A stretch of 36,697 bases of DNA. Origin: Planctomycetota bacterium (GTDB taxonomy: Bacteria; Planctomycetota; Phycisphaerae; Phycisphaerales; Zrk34). The stretch spans positions 1 through 36,697 of the forward strand of contig JAYVTU010000017.1 of assembly GCA_043788485.1 (NCBI GenBank), given 5' to 3'. Positions within the stretch are counted from its first letter, which is position 1. Every line of letters begins with the position of its first letter. The notes below the pieces were generated by a model. The model did no database searches. It was given only the letters and a program-made list of their open reading frames with translations, and was not told the DNA's origin. Below, in pieces: positions 1-10,886 of this stretch. The translations under genes were made by a program, and so were the position numbers.

Positions 1-65
1 GGACTCGCCGACCTCTCCCGCGGGGGGAGAGGTGGGAGCGCGCACGGATGTGGCAAAGCGGACGT

Positions 66-91
66 CCGGGGGGTTTCCCGGATGGTTTTTT
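66..91 (+). terminator. Possible rho-independent terminator (CCGGG-GGGTTT-CCCGG followed by ATGG and T6) for a plus-strand gene ending upstream of the window
   Basis: A 5-bp GC stem, a 6-nt loop and a T-run are seen directly. The stem is short and sits 4 nt from the T-tract. Confidence 0.3.
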
Positions 92-258
92 GCAAGTGAT
101 GGGATTCGAGGGCTTAAGGCGCGGAATCGGGGGGTTGGGGGAGGGGTGGAATATGTCCGAACGACGGGATTGTGCGCGCCCCGGATGGGGAGAGCCCGCG
201 GGCAGCGGAGGAACCGCAGCCCGGGGCTTTAAAGAGTATGGGGAGAGGAGTGGAGGGA

Positions 259-1818
259 TCAGCGGAAGGCGGATTCGGCGACGTCGATGGCTTTGGCGAG
301 GGCGGAGGCTTTGGAGACGGTTTCCTGGTATTCGGTGGCGGGGACGGAATCGGCGACGATGCCGGCGCCGGCTTGGAGGTGGTACTTCCAGACGGGGGCG
401 CCGCCGAAGGAGGCGGTGGGGGACTGCTCGACGGGTGTGACGACCATGGTGCGGAGGGCGATGGCCATGTCCATGTTGCCGGCGAAGTCGGCGTAGCCGA
501 CGGCTCCGGCGTAGGGGCCGCGGCGGGTGGGCTCGAGCTCGTCGATGATCTGCATGGCACGGACCTTGGGGGCGCCGGAGACGGTGCCGACGGGCAGTGC
601 GGCGCGGAGGGCGTCCCAGCAGGTGAGGCCGGGGCGGAGCTTGCCGGTGACGGTGGAGCTGATGTGCATGACGTGGCTGTACCGCTCGACGTGCATGACG
701 GCTGGGAGGGCGATGGAGCCGGGCTGTGCGACGCGGCCGACGTCGTTGCGGCCGAGGTCGACGAGCATGATGTGCTCGGAGCGCTCCTTGGGGTCGGCGA
801 GGAGTTCGGCTTCGAGTGCGGCGTCCTGCTCGGGAGTCGAGCCGCGGCGGCGCGTGCCGGCGAGCGGGCGGTTGGTCACGGTGCCGTGGTCGACCTTGCA
901 GAGGATCTCGGGACTCGAGCCGACGAGGATGCAGCCATCGGCCTGGAGGTAGAACATGTAGGGCGAGGGATTGACGATGCGGAGTGCGCGGTAGACATCG
1001 AATGGATCTGCGGCGCTGGTGCGCTCGAAGCGTTGAGAGAGGACAACCTGGAAGATGTCGCCGGAGCCGATGTACTTCTTGGATGCGGCGACCATCGCCT
1101 CGTACTGCGCGGCGGTCATGTTGGAGTGGGTCAGCGTGCGGATGGGGCTGGCGAGATCGACATCGCCGCTGCGCATGGAGAGCGGCTCGTGTTCGAGACG
1201 CTTGACCAGTGCGTCGAGCTGGGCGCAGCCGGCGTGATAGGCGACTTCCACGTTGTCGTGCTCGTCGATGAGCACGTGGTTGATGGCGAGGATGGTCTTG
1301 CGGACGTGGTCGAATGCGACGACCTCGCGGTAGAGGCCGAACTGCATGTCGGGCAGGTGGCGATCGTCACGCGGCGGGTTGGTGAGCTTCTCGCCTTCGG
1401 AGTAGCGGATGGTGTCGTAACCGGCGAAGCCGACCCAGCCACCGGTGAAGTCGGGCAGGCCCGAGCCGTCGAGCGGTGCGAGGTTCCATGCGGCGGTGAG
1501 CTTGTGCATCTCGGACATGGGATCGGCGCAGGTGTATTCGACAGTCTGCTTGCCGAGTGTGCGGCGGACCTTGGTGCCGTAGGCGAGGATCTGGCCGATG
1601 GGCTGTGCGCCCATGAAGGAGTAGCGGGCCTGTCGTTCGCCACCGACGACGGACTCGAGGAGGAAGCTGGGGGCCTGGCGGACATCGGGGCGGACGAGGC
1701 GGCGGTAGGCGACGACGGGTGTCATCTGGTCGGCGACGATCTGGCGGTAAACGGGCACGAGATTGCCGCGGTGCGCGAGGCGTTTGAACTCTTCGAGATT
1801 GGGGCGGTAGTGGACCAT
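259..1818 (-). CDS. trpE: Anthranilate synthase component I
   Basis: The 519-aa ORF carries the chorismate-binding-enzyme hallmarks LLESVVGGERxARYSF, PYMFY and GSSPE, and the TrpE-like C-terminal catalytic core (GAVGYxxFxGxMDxAIALRT). Confidence 0.9.
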   Translation of the reverse strand: MVHYRPNLEEFKRLAHRGNLVPVYRQIVADQMTPVVAYRRLVRPDVRQAPSFLLESVVGGERQARYSFMGAQPIGQILAYGTKVRRTLGKQTVEYTCADPMSEMHKLTAAWNLAPLDGSGLPDFTGGWVGFAGYDTIRYSEGEKLTNPPRDDRHLPDMQFGLYREVVAFDHVRKTILAINHVLIDEHDNVEVAYHAGCAQLDALVKRLEHEPLSMRSGDVDLASPIRTLTHSNMTAAQYEAMVAASKKYIGSGDIFQVVLSQRFERTSAADPFDVYRALRIVNPSPYMFYLQADGCILVGSSPEILCKVDHGTVTNRPLAGTRRRGSTPEQDAALEAELLADPKERSEHIMLVDLGRNDVGRVAQPGSIALPAVMHVERYSHVMHISSTVTGKLRPGLTCWDALRAALPVGTVSGAPKVRAMQIIDELEPTRRGPYAGAVGYADFAGNMDMAIALRTMVVTPVEQSPTASFGGAPVWKYHLQAGAGIVADSVPATEYQETVSKASALAKAIDVAESAFR

Positions 1819-1922
1819 TGGAATGTGGGAGTTTACACGTTGTGATGGAATTATTCACGGCGGCGGAGCGGCGGCGGCGTGACCCTTTGCGACGGCGCGG
1901 TGTTCGTGATAAACCATCATTC

Positions 1923-2726
1923 ATGCGCATCATCCGTTTCGTCAACGAGAATAACCAGATCGTCTTCGGCCACGAACATCCGGGCGGCGGCGTCACGGTG
2001 CTGGACGGCGATCCGGTGATGGGTGTGAAGGAGACGGGTCGGCCCGGGCTGGTGACGAAGCTGCTGGCGCCGGTCGAGCCGCGCGTGATCCTGTGCATCG
2101 GCCTCAACTACCGCAAGCACGCCGAGGAGACAGGAGCGGCGATCCCGTCGCAGCCGGTGCTCTTCGCCAAGAACCCGGCATCGGTCCAGCACCCTGGTGA
2201 TGCGGTGATCATCCCGCGCTGCTGCAAGGATCCCGCGCAGGTTGATTATGAGGTCGAGCTTGCGGTCGTGATCGGCAAGGCGGCGCGGGATGTGAAGCGT
2301 GAGGATGCGCTCAGGCACGTCGCCGGTTACACGATCGGCAACGATGTCTCCGCGCGGCACTGGCAGAAGGCGCTGGGCGGTTCGCAGTGGGTGCGCGGCA
2401 AATCCTTCGACACCTTCTGCCCGCTCGGCCCCACACTCATCACGCCCGAAGACCTGCCCGACCCGCAGACGCTCCGCCTGACAACCCGCGTCAACGGCGA
2501 GCTCCGCCAAGATTCCAGCACCGCGGACATGATCTTCAGCGTCGCGCAGCTCATCGAGTTCCTCTCCGACGGCATGACACTGCTGCCCGGCACCGTGATC
2601 ATGACCGGCACGCCGAGTGGCGTCGGTCTGGGCATGAAGCCGCCGCGGTTCCTCAAGGCCGGCGACAAGCTGGAGCTGAGCATTGATCGCATCGGGACGT
2701 TGAGCAATCCCATCGCGTCGGAATGA
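1923..2726 (+). CDS. Fumarylacetoacetate hydrolase (FAH) family protein (2-keto-4-pentenoate hydratase / 2-hydroxyhepta-2,4-diene-1,7-dioate isomerase-like)
   Basis: The ORF contains typical FAH-fold motifs (ILCIGLNYRKHAEE, DYEVELAVVIGK, GTPSGVG). I start it at ATG 1923 (MRIIRFVNEN) rather than the 1818 alternative start, which would overlap the divergent trpE start. Confidence 0.8.
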   Translation: MRIIRFVNENNQIVFGHEHPGGGVTVLDGDPVMGVKETGRPGLVTKLLAPVEPRVILCIGLNYRKHAEETGAAIPSQPVLFAKNPASVQHPGDAVIIPRCCKDPAQVDYEVELAVVIGKAARDVKREDALRHVAGYTIGNDVSARHWQKALGGSQWVRGKSFDTFCPLGPTLITPEDLPDPQTLRLTTRVNGELRQDSSTADMIFSVAQLIEFLSDGMTLLPGTVIMTGTPSGVGLGMKPPRFLKAGDKLELSIDRIGTLSNPIASE

Positions 2727-2834
2727 CGGCCGAACCGCCCCGTGGTATATTCCGTCGCCCGCGACCCATTGCCTGGCACGGATGCCGAAGCAAATGTTGC
2801 GGATTATTCGCCTCGGAATCCGATAACAGTCGTG

Positions 2835-3869
2835 ATGTTTCCGACCTTCAGCAAATTCGGTGATGCCCTTGACCGAGCCGACCTCGGCGGGTGGCTCATG
2901 CTCCTGCTCGGCTTCATCATCATTGCCGCGACTGTTTTCGCGCCGCCCTTCATCGACAACCTCAAGCTCCAGGCCCAGAACGATGTCCTGCGGCGTCAGG
3001 CCGACATCCTGCAGCTCCGTCACCAGAACTATCTGGCGTTCAACCGGGCCGTCGAACGTGGCGAGCCGGTGCTGATCCAGCGCATCGCCTGGCAGCAGCT
3101 CCACCTCAAGCCCGTCGGCACCGAGCCACTCGAGCGGCCCGATCCCCGCAACGTCTCCAAGTCCATCGACGCCTGGATGGACCCGCCGATCTCCGGCATC
3201 CCGCTGACAGCGGTCACGACGCCCGACACCCGCCTCGTCCGCCTGCTCACCGGCAAGACGCGGCCGTGGGTCCTCGCGTTCGGCGGGTGGCTGCTGCTCA
3301 TGGGCGCGATCGTTCGGCCAAGCCTCAAGGATGAGGATTTCGACCTCTCCGATACGGACTCCGATGACGCGGGCACGGTCGATGCCACGTTCGCCGCCGA
3401 CGCGGTTGAACCCGTGACCGAATCCGCCGCCACGCTCGCCAACCAGTCGCAGCAGACCTTCAGCCCAGCGCTGCTGCACGTCATGCAGATCGTCGATGCC
3501 CTCGTGCAGCACAAGTCGCAGGCTCACGCGCCGACCGAATCGCCAACGGCCGCAACCCCCGTGATCGTTGAAGCTCTGGCGACTCCCGCGTCCGCACCCG
3601 CTCCGATGCTATTGGCCGATGTCGCTCCTGCCAGTCCCACGCCCACCGCCGCCACCGAACCGATGAGCGATCCCGTCGCCGTGATGCAGATGGATCATCT
3701 CGTCGAGATCGAAGCGCCGAAAGCGCCGATGGAGCCCAGCGCGGTAACAGAATCGGCCGCCGAACCTGCCGCCGAGTTCAACCGCCAGACCGTGACACCG
3801 ATCGAATCCGGGCCGCCCGCGATCTCCGTCTCGCACGACCCGATCCCCGACTCGCTGTTCCCCGTTTAG
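2835..3869 (+). CDS. Hypothetical membrane protein (one N-terminal TM, proline/alanine-rich acidic C-terminal region)
   Basis: ORF 2742..3869 trimmed to ATG 2835 (MFPTFSKF). It has the hydrophobic segment LMLLLGFIIIAATVFAPPF and a low-complexity tail. I recognise no family. Confidence 0.5.
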   Translation: MFPTFSKFGDALDRADLGGWLMLLLGFIIIAATVFAPPFIDNLKLQAQNDVLRRQADILQLRHQNYLAFNRAVERGEPVLIQRIAWQQLHLKPVGTEPLERPDPRNVSKSIDAWMDPPISGIPLTAVTTPDTRLVRLLTGKTRPWVLAFGGWLLLMGAIVRPSLKDEDFDLSDTDSDDAGTVDATFAADAVEPVTESAATLANQSQQTFSPALLHVMQIVDALVQHKSQAHAPTESPTAATPVIVEALATPASAPAPMLLADVAPASPTPTAATEPMSDPVAVMQMDHLVEIEAPKAPMEPSAVTESAAEPAAEFNRQTVTPIESGPPAISVSHDPIPDSLFPV

Positions 3870-3911
3870 TCGCCAGTGGCGGAGCCTTTTGGCCTTGTTA
3901 GACTTTCACCC

Positions 3912-5081
3912 ATGGCCGAACCCTTAGTTCAAGATGTTCGCGAGGCCCGACTGCGTCTGGCCCTGGTCCCCGGGCTCGGCCCGATCCTCACACAACGCCT
4001 GCAATCTAAATTTGGCACAGCTATCGCCGTCTGCGGCGCGACCGCCACGCAGATCGCTGAAGTCGAGGGCATCGGCCGCAAGAAAGCCGATCTGATCCGC
4101 CGCGCCATCGATGAAGCCGATGTCACGCGTGAGATCGACTTGATCGATCAGCACGGCGTCACGCTGCTGGCCATCGAGGATGCGAATTACCCCGCGCTCC
4201 TCCGCCAGATCTACGATCCGCCATCGCTCCTCTACGTCCGCGGTTCCATCGAGAAGTGCGACAGCCTCGGCCTGGCCATCGTCGGCTCCCGCGCGTGCAC
4301 GCTCTACGGCCGTGAGCAGGCCGACCGTCTCGCCGGTCTCTGCTCACAGGCGGGCCTGACGATCATCAGCGGCGGTGCGCGTGGCATTGATTCCGCGGCG
4401 CACCGTGCGACGCTGCGCGTCAAAGGCCGCACCATCGCAGTCGTCGGCTGCGGCCTGGCCGAGTGTTACCCGCCGGAGAACCGCGAACTATTCGACGCCA
4501 TCGCCGCGGGCGGCGCGATGGTCAGCGAACTGCCGATGACCGCGCCACCGCTGGCCGAGAATTTCCCGGCGCGCAACCGCATCATCTCCGGCCTGTCGCT
4601 CGGGGTCCTCGTCGTCGAGGCCTCGCTCCGCTCCGGCGCCCTGATCACCGCACGCCTCGCCGCCGAGGAGCATCACCGCGAGGTGATGGCTCTGCCCGGC
4701 CGCGTCGATTCACCCGCCTCTGCCGGTTGTCACAAGATCCTCCGCGAGGGGTGGGCGACGCTCGTGACGAATCCCGCCGACATCCTCGACTGCCTCGGCG
4801 AAGCGGGCCAGACGCTCAAGGGCGCCGTCGAATCCGCCGCAAAATCCGCCACCGATTCCCCACCGTCCCAGCAACAGGCCACGCTCCCCTTCACCAGCCC
4901 CAACCTCACCGGTCCCGCGAAAATCATCCTCGACGCCATCACGCTCGATCCCATCTCCCTCGACACACTCTGCGAAACCACTGGCCTGCCGATCCACACG
5001 CTCGGCGCTCACCTCACGCAACTCCAGATCAGCGGCCTCGTCGACCGTCTCCCCGCCAACCACGTCAAACGCCGCCGCTGA
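3912..5081 (+). CDS. dprA: DNA-processing protein DprA (Smf)
   Basis: Rossmann-like DprA core motifs are present (LAIVGSRxCTxYG, ISGGARGIDxAAHRA, ENFPARNRIISGLSLGVLVVEA). A GTG at 3876 is a possible alternative start; the ATG at 3912 is chosen here. Confidence 0.85.
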   Translation: MAEPLVQDVREARLRLALVPGLGPILTQRLQSKFGTAIAVCGATATQIAEVEGIGRKKADLIRRAIDEADVTREIDLIDQHGVTLLAIEDANYPALLRQIYDPPSLLYVRGSIEKCDSLGLAIVGSRACTLYGREQADRLAGLCSQAGLTIISGGARGIDSAAHRATLRVKGRTIAVVGCGLAECYPPENRELFDAIAAGGAMVSELPMTAPPLAENFPARNRIISGLSLGVLVVEASLRSGALITARLAAEEHHREVMALPGRVDSPASAGCHKILREGWATLVTNPADILDCLGEAGQTLKGAVESAAKSATDSPPSQQQATLPFTSPNLTGPAKIILDAITLDPISLDTLCETTGLPIHTLGAHLTQLQISGLVDRLPANHVKRRR

Positions 5082-5166
5082 TCCCGTTCCGCGCGGATAT
5101 ATTTGAATGCCGGCCGTCCGCGATCGTCTGATTCGTGTGCCACTCTTCACGTCGAAAGGAATCACC

Positions 5167-6420
5167 ATGAAGCGATCCACCCGACTCAAAGCCTCCCTCG
5201 CCGCGTTGGCCTGCATCGCCGCGTTCGCGTCGGTTTCACCGGCCATGTTCATGCGGCCTGATACGGTGCCCGTCGATCGCGTGGTGAAGAACGCCGAGGC
5301 TTACGTGAAGGAGCACGCCGACGATGCAAGCGGGCACTACGTTCTCGGCCGCGCGCATGCGCTGGCCTTTATCCGAAAATCCGAAGTCGTCGCGGTCTAC
5401 ATGCACCAGCAGAAGCCAGGCGGCCTGCCCGCTCTGGTCGACGACATCTTCCAGCCCGGCGCCGCCAACAATCCCGTGCCGACCGAAGCGCAGCTTGTCG
5501 ATCATCTCCAATCGGGTGTTGAGAGCCTGCAAAAAGCCGTGCAAATGCAGCCCAAGGATGCGCGGTATCACCTGACGCTCGGCTTTCTGGTGGAGTCCGG
5601 CACGGCGATGGCGGACAAGGTCAACGTTCTGCCCCAAGCCGATCCTTCCGCCAAGGCGACGGAGAAAAAGGACATCCCCAAGCTCAGCGACTACTGGCAC
5701 GAACAGGCGATCGCGGCGTACTGGGATGCCTACACCCTTGCGATCGACAAGGACTTGAAGGTTCCGCATCGCCCACTCTTCGGTCTCCGCGAGTTGGTCA
5801 GTCACGAAGCCGGGAACGCCTACCTCAAGCTCGTCAAAGCTCGCGGCGTCAAGGACGATGAGAAGCCACACGTCGCAGCCATCGAGGAGAGCCTCAAGAA
5901 ATTCGCCGCACTGCCCCCTGGTCCTGTCACGCCCATCGTCTTCGCCCTCGACCGCTCCGCGCCGCTCGATGAGCTGCTCGCGCCGGACGTCACGGTGAGC
6001 TTCGATCTCGATGGCACTGGCCGGCCGCAGCGCTGGCCCTGGGTCCAGCCCGGCACGGCGATCCTCGTCTACGATCCGCAGCACACCGGCAAGATCACCT
6101 CCGGCCGCCAGCTCTTCGGCTCCGCCACGTTCTGGCTCCTGCCGCCCGACGGTTACCGCGCGATGGATATGCTCGACGACAACCGCGACGGCATGCTCTC
6201 CGGCGATGAACTCAAGGGCCTCGCCCTCTGGTTCGACCGAAACTCCAACGGCATCTCCGACCCCGGCGAGGTCATCGCCATCGAGAAATCGCCGGTCGAA
6301 TCCGTTTCTACGCAGTCCCTTTCACAGACCGGCGAATCACCTTCAAACCCGCTGGGACTGCACCTCAAAGACGGTCGCGCGCTGCCGACATACGACTGGG
6401 TGGCGCACCCCGTGAAATGA
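5167..6420 (+). CDS. Secreted hypothetical protein with a C-terminal EF-hand-like calcium-binding loop (DDNRDGMLSGDELKGL)
   Basis: A signal peptide is seen (MKRSTRLKASLAALACIAAFASVSPA). The start is ATG 5167 within ORF 5107..6420. I recognise no family; the DxDxDG motif is seen directly. Confidence 0.55.
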   Translation: MKRSTRLKASLAALACIAAFASVSPAMFMRPDTVPVDRVVKNAEAYVKEHADDASGHYVLGRAHALAFIRKSEVVAVYMHQQKPGGLPALVDDIFQPGAANNPVPTEAQLVDHLQSGVESLQKAVQMQPKDARYHLTLGFLVESGTAMADKVNVLPQADPSAKATEKKDIPKLSDYWHEQAIAAYWDAYTLAIDKDLKVPHRPLFGLRELVSHEAGNAYLKLVKARGVKDDEKPHVAAIEESLKKFAALPPGPVTPIVFALDRSAPLDELLAPDVTVSFDLDGTGRPQRWPWVQPGTAILVYDPQHTGKITSGRQLFGSATFWLLPPDGYRAMDMLDDNRDGMLSGDELKGLALWFDRNSNGISDPGEVIAIEKSPVESVSTQSLSQTGESPSNPLGLHLKDGRALPTYDWVAHPVK

Positions 6421-6533
6421 TTCACGCCAGCGGAGCCGTTCGCACCGCCACCATGCTTGCCTGACAACTCGCCCGTCACTACCATCGCGTGCTCATCGAG
6501 GCCGGGGCGGTCTCGTCACGTGAAGGAATAGCC

Positions 6534-7844
<1,311 letters not shown>

Positions 7845-7873
7845 TCGCTGCCGCAAAACTTATTTTCACTCAG

Positions 7874-7909
7874 CAGCCGGGCGCAATTCGCGACCCGGCT
7901 GTTTTTTTA
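7874..7909 (+). terminator. Rho-independent terminator downstream of xylA
   Basis: The hairpin CAGCCGGG-cgcaattcgcga-CCCGGCTG is followed by TTTTTTT. Confidence 0.65.
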
Positions 7910-8010
7910 TATTGGTGACAAATCAAAAACAAATTGATTCTGTATGCCATGTCAATGCCGCGTATTTGCGGGTTCGCCTGCCGAACCACGATTGTTAGAC
8001 TGTTTGGCCT

Positions 8011-10791
8011 ATGAGCCAGAAAAATCTTCATCGCGTTTGCCAAATCGCACTCGGCATCCTCCTCCTGCTTTCCGCGGCCATCGTCCCGGTGGGCTGCGCG
8101 AACAGCGGATCAATGCTCGCCCCTGCAACGAAGGCGTCGGCCACCGCCGACCCCGTCGCCAAGGCCGCCGAATCCCTCTACGGCGGCATCTGCACCGAGG
8201 TCCTTCCCAACGGCCTGATCATCCACCTCAAACCCATCCCCGGCGCGACGACCGTCTCGACCATGGTCGCCTACCGCGTTGGCTCTTCCGATGAGAACAA
8301 CGACTGCACCGGCCTCTCGCACTACCTCGAACACCTCATGTTTAAGGGCACCGAGAAGATCATGCCCGGCGACATCGACCACATGACGCTCCGCAACGGC
8401 GGCGCGAACAACGCCTACACCGATTACGACGAGACCGTTTACCACTTCGATTTCGCCGCCGACCGCTGGGACGGGGCGCTGGTCGTCGAGGCCGACCGGA
8501 TGCGCAACATCCGCATCGATGAGAAGCACGAGTTCGAGCACGAGAAGGGTGCGGTCATCGAGGAGCTGCGCCGCGATGAGGATGAGCCGTGGGATCTGGA
8601 GAACAAGGCGATCGCGCCGATGCTCTTCGCCGACGGCCCGTACGGCCACCCCGTCATCGGTCAGGCGGAGCACGTCCGCGCCGCCACCGCGCCGGTCATC
8701 AAGGCGCACTACGACCTCTGGTACCACCCCAACAACGCCATCCTCGTGATCGCCGGCGGATTCGATCCCGATGCGGCGATGGCGCGCGTCAAGGAACTGT
8801 TCGGCCCGATCCCCCGTGCCGATCTCCCGCAACGCAAGGTCCCCGCGGCACTGAATCGCACGAAGCCCGTCCGCACCGAGATCCCGTCGAAGTTTTCCAT
8901 GGCGCGGATGGTGATGGGCTTCAACACCGTCGCGGTCGGCGACCCCGATGATCTGGTGCTCGATGTGATCGGCACGATCCTCGTGGGCGACAAGACGGGC
9001 CGGCTCTACACGCGGCTCGTCGAGAAAGAGCAATTGGCCAACGAGGTCGGCGCCAACAACAGTGCCGGCCGCTACCCTGGCTGGTTTGACGTCAGCATCG
9101 AGGTGCTGCCCGGCAAATCACGTGAAAAAGCCGAGTATATCGCACTCGAAGAGCTCAAGAAGTTGGCCGATGCCCCGGTCGATGCTGCGGAACTTGCTCG
9201 CGCTCAGCGTTCAATCATCGCCGCCCAGATCTTCTCGCAGGAATCGGTGCACGACCTGGCCAACGCGATCACGCACACCGCGGTCATCAAGGATCTCAGC
9301 TACCTCAAAGAATATCTCCCCCGCATCGCCGCCGTGACACCCGCGCAGATCCAGGCCGCTGCTAAAAAATATTTCGACGCCGAGAAACGCGCCGTCGTGT
9401 GGTCTGTGCCGCCGGCCAACGGCGGGGCGGGCGCCGGTGTCGGCGCGACGTCGCATGCTCCCCATGCCGCCGCACGTCAATCCAAGGATGCGTCGGCCGT
9501 CATCGCCGGTCCGTCGATCGCCGCCGCCAAGCGCACCGTTCTTCCCAACGGCCTGACGATCCTCATGCTCGAAGATCACCGCCTGCCCATCATTGCGGCG
9601 TCGGCGGAGGTCAAGCGGCTTCAGATGTATGAGCCCGCGGATCAGGCGGGTGTTGCCGAGTTGACCGGCCGGATGCTCAGCGAGGGCACCGATAAGCACA
9701 GCGGGCCGGAGATCGCGCAGATGATCCAGTCCGTCGGCGGCAGTCTCGCCATGGGCGCCGGCGGCGGATCGGTGCAGGTGCTCGCACCGGATCGGCGGCT
9801 CGGGCTTTCGCTGATGCTCGAATGCCTGACGAGCCCCGCGTTTCCCGCCGACGAATTTGCCCGTGCCAAGGAGCAGCAGCTCTCGGACATCGAAGATTCG
9901 CTTCACGAGCCCGACGCCCGCGCCAAGCAGGAGTACGCCGCGGCGATCTACGGCTCGCATCCGCTGGGCCGGCCGGCGATGGGTTACACAAAGACCGTCA
10001 AGCCGCTGACACCCGATGCCGCGCGTCAGTTCCACCGCCGCTTCTTCGTCCCCGGCAACACCGTGATCGCCGTCGTCGGCGACTTCGACTCGTCGCAGCT
10101 CGCCGAGGAGATCGCGGGTCTCACGAAGGATTGGAAGGCCGGCGAAGTGCCGAAGCTTGTGCTGCCCGAAGTGGCGATGCCCAAGGCACCCACGGAGAAG
10201 ATCGTTTCCATGGCCGATGCGGCGCAACTCCACTTCTTACTGGGCCACCCCGGAATCCGCCGCGACAATCCCGACTATTTCAAACTGCTCGTGATGGACT
10301 ACGTGCTGGGCACCGGTCCGGGCTTCACGGACCGTCTCTCATCCCGCCTGCGCGACCGCGAGGGGCTGGCGTATACGGTCACGGGCAGCATCACGGGCTC
10401 GGCTGGGCTCGAGCCCGGCACATTCACCTGCTACGTCGGCACGGAGGCGAAAAATTTCGCGCGCGTCCGCAAGGAGTTCATCGAGGAGATCGCGCGAATC
10501 CGTGACACCGCGCCGACCGATGCGGAGGTCGCCGATGCCAAGGCGTATCTCATCGGCAGCCAGCCGTTCAAGCTCGCGACCAACTCAGCGGTCTCGGGCA
10601 TGCTGCTTTCGGTCGAACGGTTCGGCCTGGGCTTCGACAGCCTGGAAAAATTCCGCAAGTCGGTCGCTGCGGTCACACCCGCCGATGTGCAGGCCGTCGC
10701 CAAGAAACATCTGGACCCCGAGCACATGGTGCTCGTCGCGGCGGGGCCCATCGACAAGAAGGGCAAACCGCTGGCCGGCAAGAAGCATTAA
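8011..10791 (+). CDS. Secreted or lipoprotein M16-family zinc metallopeptidase, insulinase/pitrilysin-like, with two tandem M16 units
   Basis: The 926-aa protein has a signal peptide with a lipobox-like VGC. An inverted zinc-binding motif HYLEHLMFKGT (HxxEH) and downstream Glu (EELRRDEDEP) sit in the first half. A second, inactive-type M16 repeat fills the C-terminal half. Confidence 0.85.
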   Translation: MSQKNLHRVCQIALGILLLLSAAIVPVGCANSGSMLAPATKASATADPVAKAAESLYGGICTEVLPNGLIIHLKPIPGATTVSTMVAYRVGSSDENNDCTGLSHYLEHLMFKGTEKIMPGDIDHMTLRNGGANNAYTDYDETVYHFDFAADRWDGALVVEADRMRNIRIDEKHEFEHEKGAVIEELRRDEDEPWDLENKAIAPMLFADGPYGHPVIGQAEHVRAATAPVIKAHYDLWYHPNNAILVIAGGFDPDAAMARVKELFGPIPRADLPQRKVPAALNRTKPVRTEIPSKFSMARMVMGFNTVAVGDPDDLVLDVIGTILVGDKTGRLYTRLVEKEQLANEVGANNSAGRYPGWFDVSIEVLPGKSREKAEYIALEELKKLADAPVDAAELARAQRSIIAAQIFSQESVHDLANAITHTAVIKDLSYLKEYLPRIAAVTPAQIQAAAKKYFDAEKRAVVWSVPPANGGAGAGVGATSHAPHAAARQSKDASAVIAGPSIAAAKRTVLPNGLTILMLEDHRLPIIAASAEVKRLQMYEPADQAGVAELTGRMLSEGTDKHSGPEIAQMIQSVGGSLAMGAGGGSVQVLAPDRRLGLSLMLECLTSPAFPADEFARAKEQQLSDIEDSLHEPDARAKQEYAAAIYGSHPLGRPAMGYTKTVKPLTPDAARQFHRRFFVPGNTVIAVVGDFDSSQLAEEIAGLTKDWKAGEVPKLVLPEVAMPKAPTEKIVSMADAAQLHFLLGHPGIRRDNPDYFKLLVMDYVLGTGPGFTDRLSSRLRDREGLAYTVTGSITGSAGLEPGTFTCYVGTEAKNFARVRKEFIEEIARIRDTAPTDAEVADAKAYLIGSQPFKLATNSAVSGMLLSVERFGLGFDSLEKFRKSVAAVTPADVQAVAKKHLDPEHMVLVAAGPIDKKGKPLAGKKH

Positions 10792-10886
10792 TGCCGTTTT
10801 TGGCACGTTACGCTTGCGTAGGATAGAATTATTGGGCTCGGTTTCAGACCACAAACGCACGCAAGCCTCTAACCGCGAGCCCTCGA

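Noticed and set aside
172-1845. A long plus-strand ORF (557 aa) that fully overlaps trpE on the opposite strand. Similar antisense ORFs occur at 1917-3527, 6516-7856, 8110-9033, 9211-10233, 12568-13416, 13843-14490, 14408-15658, 15837-16685, 17756-19918, 21034-22662, 22993-24411 and 24937-26760.
   Set aside because: Their translations are low-complexity Gly/Asp/Ala/Arg-rich strings with no motifs. They mirror strongly supported genes on the other strand. This is the expected artefact of a 65-70% GC genome with GC3-biased codons, where stop codons are rare on the antisense strand.
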